From positions 32,001 through 96,000 of IMG/VR virus record IMGVR_UViG_3300028840_004168: 64,000 bases of DNA; one strand, written 5' to 3'. The notes under the pieces were generated by a model. It did not search any database. It saw nothing but the letters and a program-made list of their open reading frames with translations, and was not told the DNA's origin. Position numbers and translations under genes: made by a program. The stretch is from a virus. Numbering within the stretch: the stretch's first letter is position 1; each line of letters begins with the position of its first letter. Of the stretch, positions 17,880 to 28,019 are shown one piece after another.

Positions 17880-20800
17880 TCAATCCTGTATCTTTAACAT
17901 CTTTTCACGTTTAAGATCATCCCTGAAGCTCTTTGCCACTTCAGATCTGGTAACGAATTGTCCTTGATACTGCCTGTCTCCCACAGTCAATGTAAGATTG
18001 ATGCTGCCCATGTCTTCAGGATCTTTAGCAGTAGCAGCAGGCCTTTGCGATTCAGGCGCAACCATTCCACCAGAGTAAAATCTTTGTGAAGCGCTTGTCT
18101 CGAAAAATTCTTTATTAGCCCTGACCCCCTTGCGGCTCATCACAAAAGAACCTTCAGGCAGCACTGTCTGAATCCTGTCTATACCAGGAGTTCCAGAGAA
18201 CATGCTTACGCCTCTATTCATCAGCTTGAACATCTGCTTGTTCTGTTTGAACAACTGTGCAGGTATAAAAGCCTCTCCATCAGATACTCTTACAGGAACC
18301 ATACCGCCATGCTGGAAACTGCCTACTTCGCCACCTTGATATCCTCTACTTCCCATTATAGTAGTAGCAATGTCCTCAGCTCCTTCCCTAAAAGCTCTCT
18401 CAATCCTTTCAGCCATATAATCTGCTGTATCTCTGCCTTTGTCTTCAAGATAGTTCCAGGTCTTATTTAAATTATCTCTCACTGACTCAGATGCATCTGC
18501 AAAAGCTTCTCCCACTGGATCTCTTTCTATAAATTCCATAAAGCTGATTGCTCCCTGGAATATATCTGTAGATGCAAATTCAGCCAAAACTTTTTCAAGG
18601 CTTTCCTTTGTATAGTCAGCAGCTTCTTTTGATTTTTTCTCTAAGTAGTTTGCAGCTGCGTCATAATAAAGAGCTCCATCTTTAGAAGCACTAACAAGCT
18701 TGTCTTTAATTGTATCTGCAATCTCCTTAGTAACAGGAGATTCTTTAGTAGCCATCTGTTCTTGTAATTCTAGCTGCTTTTCATATTCCGCTACTGCCTT
18801 TTCAGCTACAGCAAGATTGTGTTCTTCAAGCCTTTGTTTTTCTGCAGCAGCCTCTACCTGTTTTGCTGCAATAGCTAAGTTCTGGCCCAACTCTTTCTTG
18901 CTTATCTCAACAGTTCTTTCCAGCTCTGTATTGTAATATGCTATCTTATCTCCTAAATCAGCATAGCCACCATACTGCGCCACGATTTCATCAAGAGTAA
19001 GCTTGTTAGCATCTTTCACTGCTTCTACCTGCTCTTTAACTCCAGCAGCCTCATCTTTAATAGATGACATTATCTCTTTATTCTTTTCCAGATTTACATT
19101 GGCACTCTCTACACTGACATTCATACTGTCCATTTGTGTAGCAGCTGTAGATACGCTTTCAGCACCGCTTTCCATATTAGCCTTAAAAATTTCAGCCGTT
19201 TTATTTACATCTTCAGAAGCTTGGCGCAACTCAATAATCTTATCCACGCTTGCCTGAATACTTGGACTTGCATCTGTAGATTTGACAAAGAGCGCCATCA
19301 CATAGGCAAGATCTTTTAAAACAGAAGTCATCTCTCTTAACTGTGCAACCATCTTATTCAGCGCTTCTTCAGAAGTAAGCAATTCGTTTTTAGCCTTTGC
19401 AAGTATAAATTGCTCTTCGGCATTAAGAGTATTCCTATTCCCCAATTCATCGACTATAGCCTTCTGGATCTTGACTTGCGCCTTAGCCACATCAAGACTT
19501 CCTTTATTAAGCATTTCTATAGTTCTATTTATATCTTGATATTCATCTTTTATCTTAACTAAAGCAGCTACCCTATCGTCATCATCGCTATCTTGAGCTT
19601 TTGCCAGCTTGTTAGCTCTCTCCATCTGATCTTCTAAGAGCTTCTTCTGATCTTCATAAAGCTCTATTGTTTTTTCAACAGATTCTCTCTGCCTGTCCAT
19701 CTGATGCACTGCCTGTGTGCCAACGCCGACAATACTTTTCTGCTCCTTATTTGCCTTTTGCAGCTCTTCAGATATTGCCGCAGTTTTAAGTCTCCACTCT
19801 TCAGTTATTCCAATCTCTTCCTCTATGAGCTTTTTATTATCTGCCAGCTGATTTTCAGTTCTCGCTAAAGCCTCAGTGGCAAGACCTACAGCTTCAGCAT
19901 AAAGTTCGCTGTTTGCTCTAATTTCTTTCAGGTCATCGTCCATTTTATTATATTTAGTTTCCAGCTTTTCTATTGCATATGTCTGGTTTAATACAGCCTC
20001 TGTATCCCAGGGATCTATATCTACCAGCTTTTTTCTTTCAGCGGCAATTTTTATAGTCAAGTCTTTCTGTTTTTCAAGTGTGTCTGTGCGCTTCTTCTCG
20101 GCCTTAACATAATCGTCCAGCCCCACACCAGCCTTTTCAAATATGTCCAGATCAGCAGCAGCCCTGTTAAAGTCTATGACTGCTTTTTCAGCTTCTCTTT
20201 GCGCATCTATATATTCCAGAAGTGCTTCCTGATTTCCTAATATAAGGCCGTTTAAATCAGAGTATGCGTCAAGAGCAGCACCAATTGCCTGTTTTGATAT
20301 ATCTCCAAACAGCTTTTGTTGCTGTCCTAGCTCATCGATGGAATGAGTAGTTCTGTTAACAGATCCTCTAAGAGTATCAATAAATTTCCTGGCCTTATCC
20401 ATACCTACACCAATCTTATCAAACTCTGCAGCCGCTTCGATACCAGCTATCCTTGCCATCTGTGCCTGGATATCCTGATAAATCACAGAAGTATCTTCAA
20501 GATTATCATTCCTGTCTTCTTCAAGTTTTACTATGGCAGCGATCACGCCTTCCACTTTTTCAGTAGTCCTTATCATCTCTGCCCAAGCTTCTTCATAATC
20601 CGTAGTAGTTTTTATAAGATGCCTGCTTTTATCGTCAACCACATCCATCTGGACAGCCCATACTTCGTAGACAGCCTCTGCAGTTCTGCCTAAAGTATTC
20701 ATATCCATGATAGCCTTATGCGTATTTAACGCCACATCGAGATCTACCTCAAGCATCTTAGCTTCAAAATGTCTCTGCAGCTGATCAACTATAATATCGG

Positions 20801-23800
20801 CTAACGATTTAATACTTTCTATCTGTTCGTTTAAATTTTCAAACCCTGCAAAATCAAGCTTAGTGTCAGCCATAGTCTTGGAAATAGACTTCATATTCTT
20901 TTCGACAATCCTATTCATGAGAGAGAAGCTATATCCGTAAGCGCCCACCATATTAGTAAGATCTTCTACTGTAGCGTCTTTAAGCGTATCCATTTTAAGC
21001 TTCAACGCATCCACTCCTGCCTCTACGCCCTTCATGCTTTTAGGAACCTCAATGCCGAAGAGATTGAAGCCTTCTGCCATAGCTCTTGCATAAGCTTCAC
21101 CAGTGACCTTGTCTTCCTTAAGCCTTTTGCTAAGAGCAAGCAACACATTTTTTACCGATTCTATCTTATCTTCTGGCCTCAACTCTGACATCAGCAATAA
21201 AGCCTTTGTAAACTCTTCAGTAGAATCAGCCCCTTCTGTCAGTAATTCAGCCATCCCTTGTGCTGCCTTAGATATGTCTATGAAAGACCTTTGCATCAAC
21301 GGACTTGCATCTATAGCATCTTCCGTTGCTGAAAACATTTTGCGCATTCCTTCTGTATAGTCTGTAGTCTTTACATTGGCATCATCCAGTTCTTTTATTA
21401 CATCGCCATATGACTCTCCTAATTCTCTTTGCGCTAACTTTAATTTGACAGCTAATCCAGCCTGTCTCTCAACAGCAGCAGAATACCTTTCCATATCCTC
21501 AGCCTTTGCAAATTCTTCCATATCTTTTGTGGCTGCTTGATACTCTGACCTGATGTTTTGTATCTCTCCTACCTGCTCTCCTAATGATTCACTAACACTT
21601 TTAAGACTTGGAAATATTTTATCCCAAACGCTTTTGATTGTATCGGCAAAAATCCCCCAAGCGGTCATTCCCTTAAGCATTCTCTTGATGAAATTAAAAA
21701 AAGTTCTTTCTGTCTTGCCTACCGCTTTATCAAAAGCTTCAACCCCTTTTATCATCTCCTTAAATGCTCTTGCCCTGAGAATCTTCTGCTGCTCCAGCTT
21801 CATCCTCTCAAGATGTTTTGTATTCTGCTCCAGATCTTTCCTGATTGCCTCTAATTGGCTTCTGTATTTATCCGCATCGACAATTCTTATATCAGGAACA
21901 TGTTTCCCTAAAAGAACAAATGCTTGGCTTACTTCTCTGGTATACTGATTCACATCTATCAAACTATTTTTATAATCATCAATAGCCTTAACAGCTTTTT
22001 TAATAGAATCTACTTGCTGATTATTTTCACCTATCTGCTGGTCAAGCAATTGAATGTTTTCTTTGATCTCTTCATTTGTAAGCTTTACCACTTTAATAAA
22101 CCATTTTAGCGCCATGATTGCCAGTTGAGCATAGATATAAAAACTTACAAGCCTTTGAGCCACTATTCCTAAAGTAGACCCTAAAATAGACAGCATGCCT
22201 ACAAAACTCATTCCTCCAGCTCTAAATATCTTAATTGCCTTTCCTGCGAGCTGCATTTTTTCTCCAAAGGTTTGAGCATTCTGCGATGCATTTATAAAGG
22301 CAGTCTGCATCTCTTGCTGTGCTGCAGCCAATCCGTTATATGCACCCTTCAGCTTATCAGTAATTCCTGCATTCTGAAGCATCTCAGCCGACAATGTTTT
22401 GCCTAAAGCGGCACTCTGGCTGACTGCATTTGAAAATCTAAACTGCTCTTTCCTTAATATTGCCTGCGATGTTGTAACTGCCTTCAGCTTGCCGTCCAGT
22501 TTATCTAAAGATGCCTGGAACGCCTTAGACCCTGCAGTCAGCCCTCTTCCAAATAAGTCTCCTTTTTTAGCTGCCGCACGTTCCGCTTCATTCATAGCCC
22601 TGGCAAGTTCATTTTCAAGTCTGATTTGTTCTTTAGTTGCGCCTCCAAATATCTTAAGCCTTTTAGCATTTCTAACATAAGACATTCCTAATGTCTTAAG
22701 ACCCTTAGCCTCTAATCCTATATACTGAGCATAATTCAGGGCTGTATACCCCAAAACATGATTAGTAAATAACGCCATTGACTTAGTCGTAGCTACCAGC
22801 ACTATTTTCCACGCAGCCCATACAGCTGCGATTTTTGCTATACTAGAAAGCGCACCACCAAACTTTTGATCAAGATTAATAACACCTTCAACTACTTTAG
22901 AAACTACATTGGCAAGACTAAGAAATGTCTCAACAAAAGGAGCCATGTTTATTCTCATCACCGCATCTATAGCCGCAGCCAGTCTTTTAAATACAAACTC
23001 AGGCTTATCAGCCATTTCATCGAACATCTCATCAGTAGCCGCTATTGCGTCTGTGCGCAAAGTATTGATAGACTCCCTTACTTCATCAGCATATTTAACC
23101 AGTGTGATAAATGACTTTGCACCACGCAGACCTAACCTTTCAAATACAACTCCTACATCTCCTGCCGTTAATGCTCCTGCCTCCATCCTTATGGCAACCT
23201 GATCAAGTATATCCAGGAAGTCAAGCGGTTTTGTAAGATCTATCTCTATGTCAAACGCCGCTGCAAACTTGTCAGCGTCTTTAGACATCCTTGCGAAGAT
23301 AACCTGCAAGCTACGGCCTGCGATACCAGCTTTAATCATATGGTCATTTAGAACGCCAAGTATACCTGAAAGATCATCATACGACAGGCCGACCTCTTTA
23401 GCTGTAGCGATTGAATATTTCATACCATCTCTGAGCTCGCTCATTTCAACAAGATGGTCACGGAACGTAGCAACCAGTGTGTCATTTATACTCTGGAACT
23501 GAGCTGTCTGATCACCTGTAGCCGATAATTCATCTCTGAAGTTTTTATAAATACCTGTCACCAGCTTTGTATAATCGCCGACTTCTTCTTCAGTAGCCAA
23601 GATAGCTTTCAATGTTGAATCAAACGCAGCCAGAGATTCTTCTGCCTGCAGACCAGCTGAACCTAACTGATAGAACAGCTCTCCAGTCTGTTCAAAAGTA
23701 GACCCTAATCCAGTAGCGGCCTGTATCATCTTAGAACGCATTACCACAGCGACTTCAGCTGTAGACATCATCTCACTTCGAACAGTTCTTAAAGCCCTGG

Positions 23801-26420
23801 CAAGCTGATCATAGATATCTACGATAGACTCTATTGCGCTTTTAAGTTTATCAAATGCTCCAAAGAACAAGGCAAAACCGATCAGCCATGCCGCCTGCGA
23901 CTTGACCATCTGAGTAAACCCTGAAACAGTCCATCTAGCCATCGCCTTGGTAGCATCAGCACTTCTAGCCATCATCAACTGAGATTGTTCCAGCTGCTTC
24001 CTGTATTCAGCCTGCTGCCTGTTTACCTTCTCCATCTCCATATTCAATATGTTAAGAGTTTGGATATGGCCTTTCTCAGAAACCTTAAGCGCATTTATTT
24101 TAGCACTTGTATCTCCAGATGATTTTCCAAGTCTTTCCATCTCTGATCTTGTCCACGCAATCTTTTCACTGGTAATGATCTGGTGCTGCAGCATCTCATT
24201 AAACTTCTGGTCTAAAAGGCCTATAGATTTATGAAGAAGGCTCGCTGATCTCGATGCCTCTCCTAACGATTGACCGAAAGACCTCTGACTTTGTTTGATA
24301 TCTTTAAGCATCCTGTCAAGCACTTCTAAGCTGCTGACAGTTTTATTATTGGTAAGATTGAATTTAAGAGCAGCCTGATTAGACTTGCTAAGTCCAGCTA
24401 CAAGATGTTTATACCCCTGAGAAGTTTTATCAAAATAAGGGATTACCTTCATCAGTCCTTTTTGCATCTTCTGGCTAAGCTCTATACCTAAAGCCTTTGC
24501 CGCCTGTGTATCTCTAAGCATAGTTATATTTAACTTTTCAAGCCCTTGTTCAGCCAGTTTGATAGCATTGGCAGCGTCTGTAAAGTCTTTCTCTGTAGCT
24601 ATTCCAAGCTTATCCATTGCCTGAACAAATTTCTCAACCTGTGATATTTGCTTTTGAAGTTGGAATGCTTTGCCCTGTTCGTTTAATGCTTTAAATCCCT
24701 GTGCGGCATCTAAGAACTGTTTATCAACGCCCTTCAGCATATTCATCTGGCCTATCATTCCTCTGATCACCTGATCTGTAGATACAAAGCTGGAACGTAA
24801 ATCTATTACCTTTTTATCCATTGCATCAAAAGTCTGATTAGTTTTCTGAAGCGCCTGCACATTTACCATGCCAGCAGTCATTGCCTGTTGTATTTTAGCA
24901 GTCTCATTTCCTAGCTGTGTAACTTTTTGTCTAACAGCATCTATGGTAAACCCATACTCCTGCAGAACAGCTTCCATCTCTTTCAAAGCTTCAGGGCTAA
25001 GACCACCTGGTATTCGTTTTTTACCAGTTGCTTGTCTGGCTTCAAGCTCTTGGAGATACTGTGACCACTTGACAAGCTCTTCCAAGCTCACCGCATACTT
25101 CTCTGATGCAGCGGCAGCCTCTTTCATGGATTTATCAGTCGTTTTTGCAAAATCCTGAGTAGACTTAGCAAGGTTGTGCCAGCGCAAGCTGGTCTTATCA
25201 GCGTTCTCTCTCAGCTTAGCTACATGCACCCCTACTCTGTCCATGATCTGCTGGAACGGTTCATACTCTCTGACCACGTCTCCGAACCATTTTAATTTTC
25301 CTGGCTGCTTGAGTTGTTGGAAGAAGCTACCAGCTACCAGTTCTGCTTTCTTCATGATATCAATAACCATTCGATACTGGTTTGCTTCTTCAGTTAAGGC
25401 CGCAGCCATGTCTTTAGCGCCAGCCTCTTGAGATTTACTAAGCTCTTTTATCTTGATATTCAGCGTCTCTAAATGCGCCTCCATGTCTTTAATGTGAGGC
25501 GATACTTCGTCAAACGCCTTTCCAAGCTGCGCTACCGCTTCTATCTCTGTTATCTTGCTCACGTCCATCTTGGAAAGATCGAATCTGAGATCTACATCTT
25601 TAAGCCCTATTACAGATTGTTTTGCTTTATCTATATATAAAGTAAATTTTTTCCATTCTTCAGCAGTTAAAGAAGTTCTGCTTTTAACCTTATCCATCAA
25701 CTCAGTTATCGTTTTCAAGCCTCTTTCTATAGCAGCCATATCGCCAGGAAGTATTTTTTCAACGCCACTCCTAGCTTCCTCACTCATAGCAGCCTGCAGG
25801 CGCTTGTCTATTCCAGGAGTCTTAACTGAAAGCACTATGGGATTATCCTTAGCAGCCGCACGCAATTTATTCCATGTCTCATTAAATCTGGCTACTATCT
25901 CGGTCAGCTTATCAGTGATAGGAAGCTCGGAAGAACCTTTTCCTTTGATGTCGATCACAATTTTTTTCTCAGAAAGTGTGGCTATCTTTGAAACAAACAT
26001 TTCTAGTTCTGCAGATGCCATTTTTATAGAGTCAACTATAGATTGGAATTGAGTAGCCACTCCACCTATAGTATTTGCGCTCTCACTAGCTATGCCAGTA
26101 TAAGCCTTTTGTAGAGCAGCAAGCTGCTTGGCTGCAGCACCAGCGTTAGCTTGTAATGCTTTTAGGCTGGCAGCTGTTTCAGCGATAACTGCATTGGCAG
26201 ACTCTGCTGCCCCTACAAGGCCGCTGTAGTTCGTATGTAGCGTCTCTATAGCTTCAACCGTTCCTTTAGCTACCTTGAAGTCTATATTGGCCTTAACAGC
26301 CTTAATCTCCTTAAGCTTCTCTTTTATCTCTTTAATCTGTTTAGTGACTATGCTGGATATAGTGCTCTGTCCAGGCTTAGCACTTACACTTATAGTTATA
26401 GTCTTATCAGCCTCTGGCAT
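17880..26420 (-). CDS. Tail tape measure protein (TP901-type core), 2846 aa
   Basis: Long helical protein. Core region FYQLGSAGLQAEES...LVATFRDH.VEMSELRDGMKY...GIAGRSLQVIFARM; C-terminal FQHGGMVPVRVSDGEAFIP. Confidence 0.92.
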   Translation of the reverse strand: MPEADKTITISVSAKPGQSTISSIVTKQIKEIKEKLKEIKAVKANIDFKVAKGTVEAIETLHTNYSGLVGAAESANAVIAETAASLKALQANAGAAAKQLAALQKAYTGIASESANTIGGVATQFQSIVDSIKMASAELEMFVSKIATLSEKKIVIDIKGKGSSELPITDKLTEIVARFNETWNKLRAAAKDNPIVLSVKTPGIDKRLQAAMSEEARSGVEKILPGDMAAIERGLKTITELMDKVKSRTSLTAEEWKKFTLYIDKAKQSVIGLKDVDLRFDLSKMDVSKITEIEAVAQLGKAFDEVSPHIKDMEAHLETLNIKIKELSKSQEAGAKDMAAALTEEANQYRMVIDIMKKAELVAGSFFQQLKQPGKLKWFGDVVREYEPFQQIMDRVGVHVAKLRENADKTSLRWHNLAKSTQDFAKTTDKSMKEAAAASEKYAVSLEELVKWSQYLQELEARQATGKKRIPGGLSPEALKEMEAVLQEYGFTIDAVRQKVTQLGNETAKIQQAMTAGMVNVQALQKTNQTFDAMDKKVIDLRSSFVSTDQVIRGMIGQMNMLKGVDKQFLDAAQGFKALNEQGKAFQLQKQISQVEKFVQAMDKLGIATEKDFTDAANAIKLAEQGLEKLNITMLRDTQAAKALGIELSQKMQKGLMKVIPYFDKTSQGYKHLVAGLSKSNQAALKFNLTNNKTVSSLEVLDRMLKDIKQSQRSFGQSLGEASRSASLLHKSIGLLDQKFNEMLQHQIITSEKIAWTRSEMERLGKSSGDTSAKINALKVSEKGHIQTLNILNMEMEKVNRQQAEYRKQLEQSQLMMARSADATKAMARWTVSGFTQMVKSQAAWLIGFALFFGAFDKLKSAIESIVDIYDQLARALRTVRSEMMSTAEVAVVMRSKMIQAATGLGSTFEQTGELFYQLGSAGLQAEESLAAFDSTLKAILATEEEVGDYTKLVTGIYKNFRDELSATGDQTAQFQSINDTLVATFRDHLVEMSELRDGMKYSIATAKEVGLSYDDLSGILGVLNDHMIKAGIAGRSLQVIFARMSKDADKFAAAFDIEIDLTKPLDFLDILDQVAIRMEAGALTAGDVGVVFERLGLRGAKSFITLVKYADEVRESINTLRTDAIAATDEMFDEMADKPEFVFKRLAAAIDAVMRINMAPFVETFLSLANVVSKVVEGVINLDQKFGGALSSIAKIAAVWAAWKIVLVATTKSMALFTNHVLGYTALNYAQYIGLEAKGLKTLGMSYVRNAKRLKIFGGATKEQIRLENELARAMNEAERAAAKKGDLFGRGLTAGSKAFQASLDKLDGKLKAVTTSQAILRKEQFRFSNAVSQSAALGKTLSAEMLQNAGITDKLKGAYNGLAAAQQEMQTAFINASQNAQTFGEKMQLAGKAIKIFRAGGMSFVGMLSILGSTLGIVAQRLVSFYIYAQLAIMALKWFIKVVKLTNEEIKENIQLLDQQIGENNQQVDSIKKAVKAIDDYKNSLIDVNQYTREVSQAFVLLGKHVPDIRIVDADKYRSQLEAIRKDLEQNTKHLERMKLEQQKILRARAFKEMIKGVEAFDKAVGKTERTFFNFIKRMLKGMTAWGIFADTIKSVWDKIFPSLKSVSESLGEQVGEIQNIRSEYQAATKDMEEFAKAEDMERYSAAVERQAGLAVKLKLAQRELGESYGDVIKELDDANVKTTDYTEGMRKMFSATEDAIDASPLMQRSFIDISKAAQGMAELLTEGADSTEEFTKALLLMSELRPEDKIESVKNVLLALSKRLKEDKVTGEAYARAMAEGFNLFGIEVPKSMKGVEAGVDALKLKMDTLKDATVEDLTNMVGAYGYSFSLMNRIVEKNMKSISKTMADTKLDFAGFENLNEQIESIKSLADIIVDQLQRHFEAKMLEVDLDVALNTHKAIMDMNTLGRTAEAVYEVWAVQMDVVDDKSRHLIKTTTDYEEAWAEMIRTTEKVEGVIAAIVKLEEDRNDNLEDTSVIYQDIQAQMARIAGIEAAAEFDKIGVGMDKARKFIDTLRGSVNRTTHSIDELGQQQKLFGDISKQAIGAALDAYSDLNGLILGNQEALLEYIDAQREAEKAVIDFNRAAADLDIFEKAGVGLDDYVKAEKKRTDTLEKQKDLTIKIAAERKKLVDIDPWDTEAVLNQTYAIEKLETKYNKMDDDLKEIRANSELYAEAVGLATEALARTENQLADNKKLIEEEIGITEEWRLKTAAISEELQKANKEQKSIVGVGTQAVHQMDRQRESVEKTIELYEDQKKLLEDQMERANKLAKAQDSDDDDRVAALVKIKDEYQDINRTIEMLNKGSLDVAKAQVKIQKAIVDELGNRNTLNAEEQFILAKAKNELLTSEEALNKMVAQLREMTSVLKDLAYVMALFVKSTDASPSIQASVDKIIELRQASEDVNKTAEIFKANMESGAESVSTAATQMDSMNVSVESANVNLEKNKEIMSSIKDEAAGVKEQVEAVKDANKLTLDEIVAQYGGYADLGDKIAYYNTELERTVEISKKELGQNLAIAAKQVEAAAEKQRLEEHNLAVAEKAVAEYEKQLELQEQMATKESPVTKEIADTIKDKLVSASKDGALYYDAAANYLEKKSKEAADYTKESLEKVLAEFASTDIFQGAISFMEFIERDPVGEAFADASESVRDNLNKTWNYLEDKGRDTADYMAERIERAFREGAEDIATTIMGSRGYQGGEVGSFQHGGMVPVRVSDGEAFIPAQLFKQNKQMFKLMNRGVSMFSGTPGIDRIQTVLPEGSFVMSRKGVRANKEFFETSASQRFYSGGMVAPESQRPAATAKDPEDMGSINLTLTVGDRQYQGQFVTRSEVAKSFRDDLKREKMLKIQD

Positions 26421-26423
26421 AAG

Positions 26424-27293
26424 CTATCTCCTGGGAGATCTCGAAGAGCTTTTAAACTTGCCCTTGCTTGAGTTTTTATGATCATCCTTGTTCTGCTGCT
26501 GTTTATCCAACTCAGCTCTGGTAGCAGATTCTTCACTTAAGACTGTCTGCCTGATCTCATATGCAATGTTCGTCTGATCAAGGATGCCGCCGCTATTAAA
26601 AAGAACGTTGCTGTTATTTGCCCAGTATACCAGCGATACGGCGTTCTCTACATCATCAGATACAATTGACAATGGACATGTGCTAAACTTCTTAGATCCG
26701 ATAGCTAACACATCACTACCAAAATTATCTTCATCAGGTTTGCTATCGGACTTCTTAACTAAATGATACTTGCTTACCTTCTTTTTTTCAACTCTTTTTA
26801 TTTCTGAAATTTCAGATTTTTCTTCCTCATCCATCTCAACTTTATCAAGACCGAACCTCTGGCAATTACGCCTGCCGTTCAAATGCTGCTTCAGACAGTC
26901 ATCGCAATTCCAGGTGTTGTTCTTGTTATATTCCATGAACACATGCATCCTCACCAGCCCTTTGATATCATTTCTTATATCTTTGGCAATAGAGGAATTA
27001 TCAAATATAAAGTTATATATTTCTTCTAAGTATTTCTTCGGTATCATGCCTAAGTTATCAACACTATAAGGCACTTCATTGTCGGACTCATCTTTGAAAT
27101 TAGACCAGCCGACTATATTACTAGCCAGTATCTTGAGCATAATATCATTCATCCCTGGCCTCTCACGATCAAGCTGCAGCCGCTGTCCTACTGTCAGAAA
27201 CTGAACATAAAAAACTGTCTGCTCCTGTTCGGGCTTGTCTTTGTCATCCTCTACAATAAAAGGACAGATATAGTTAGCATCTAAGCAAATCAT
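26424..27293 (-). CDS. Tail assembly chaperone, long form (G-like domain fused to GT-like C-terminal part)
   Basis: EDDKDKPEQEQTVF...IVGWSNFKDE aligns with 27374..27730; CxxC...C...CP module and GGILDQ motif; directly before the tape measure. Confidence 0.7.
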   Translation of the reverse strand: MICLDANYICPFIVEDDKDKPEQEQTVFYVQFLTVGQRLQLDRERPGMNDIMLKILASNIVGWSNFKDESDNEVPYSVDNLGMIPKKYLEEIYNFIFDNSSIAKDIRNDIKGLVRMHVFMEYNKNNTWNCDDCLKQHLNGRRNCQRFGLDKVEMDEEEKSEISEIKRVEKKKVSKYHLVKKSDSKPDEDNFGSDVLAIGSKKFSTCPLSIVSDDVENAVSLVYWANNSNVLFNSGGILDQTNIAYEIRQTVLSEESATRAELDKQQQNKDDHKNSSKGKFKSSSRSPRR

Positions 27294-27297
27294 AATT

Positions 27298-27337
27298 AAA
27301 CAAAAAGGGGCATAAGTCTATAGCTTCCTATGCCCCT
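27298..27337 (-). terminator. Intrinsic terminator between the two chaperone genes
   Basis: Minus strand AGGGGCATAGG-AAGCTATAGA-CTTATGCCCCT followed by TTTTGTTT. Confidence 0.75.
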
Positions 27338-27344
27338 CTTTCAT
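27318..27344 (-). CDS. 8-aa micro-ORF MKEGHRKL overlapping the terminator 5' arm
   Basis: GGAGGT 7 nt upstream of ATG; its TAG stop lies in the hairpin loop and is in frame with the ATG at 27293. Confidence 0.45.
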   Translation of the reverse strand: MKEGHRKL

Positions 27345-27373
27345 CCTACATACCTCCGACTAATTAATATTTT

Positions 27374-27730
27374 TTAATCTTCATCCGCACCTGCTTGTCC
27401 TAAAATTGCGTCTGCCAGTTCCCTTCTGGCATCCGCAGGAATAGAAGAGAATAAATTAACATCATTAGAGAACGGTATATCTTCTCCGTCCTCATCCTTG
27501 AAATTCTCCCATCCTGCAAGTCCTTCCTGGAGTATCTTCATCTGATTGTTTCCAGTCCTGATCTTCTCTTCTCGCCTCTTGCCGATACCAGTAGCTTTAT
27601 ACAGTTCGTCTTCGATCTTAGCAAGTTTGGGGAGTGGAATACGCCGTAAGGTAAAAATAGTCTGTTCTTCAACAGGTAAATCTCTGTCATCTTTGCAGAT
27701 ATACTTTTGCTGCGCTGGTAGTGCTCTCAT
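27374..27730 (-). CDS. Tail assembly chaperone, short form (118 aa)
   Basis: GGAGG 9 nt before ATG 27730; KDDRDLPVEEQTIF...LAGWENFKDE; follows the tail tube. The longer start in the ORF track (28045) is unlikely. Confidence 0.75.
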   Translation of the reverse strand: MRALPAQQKYICKDDRDLPVEEQTIFTLRRIPLPKLAKIEDELYKATGIGKRREEKIRTGNNQMKILQEGLAGWENFKDEDGEDIPFSNDVNLFSSIPADARRELADAILGQAGADED

Positions 27731-27962
27731 GTTGTCAAACCTCCATTTGGTTAAAAGTTTCCAAAAAAGTTTATGTTTAAAATATTGTAGCCCATTCTCT
27801 TTCAGGCTGCTTCCTAACTTTATCAGCGTCTTTAGATAAAGAGCTGTAAAGCGATACTTGATAAAGACTTTTATTAAATATGGCAATGCAAAAAATATTA
27901 TTAAAGCCTTTAAGATTTCTTTTCTGTTTATACATACTATTCCAATTAACATCATGTTGTTG

Positions 27963-28012
27963 AGCAAGGGGCAGGACAACATAGGAGCCAACCAAAGCGC
28001 CCTGCCCCTGCT
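27963..28012 (-). promoter_or_regulatory. GC-rich stem-loop after the tail tube stop (no U-tract)
   Basis: AGCAGGGGCAGG...CCTGCCCCTTGCT on the minus strand, with a 25-nt loop. Confidence 0.5.
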
Positions 28013-28019
28013 ACTGGAT

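Noticed and set aside
18700-26481. Many plus-strand ORFs of 60-165 aa
   Set aside because: Antisense shadows of the tape measure gene (Ser/Leu/Ala-rich, no SD or motifs); the same applies to other antisense ORFs across the window.
27318-27320. Genome-wide TAG reassignment suggested by the in-frame amber codon
   Set aside because: Genes are full length under code 11, and several end in TAG where expected (28020, 58695, 59227, 63033).
27350-27410. Canonical programmed frameshift joining the two chaperone ORFs
   Set aside because: No XXXYYYZ heptamer before the first stop, all three frames close within about 40 nt, and the second ORF has its own copy of the domain.
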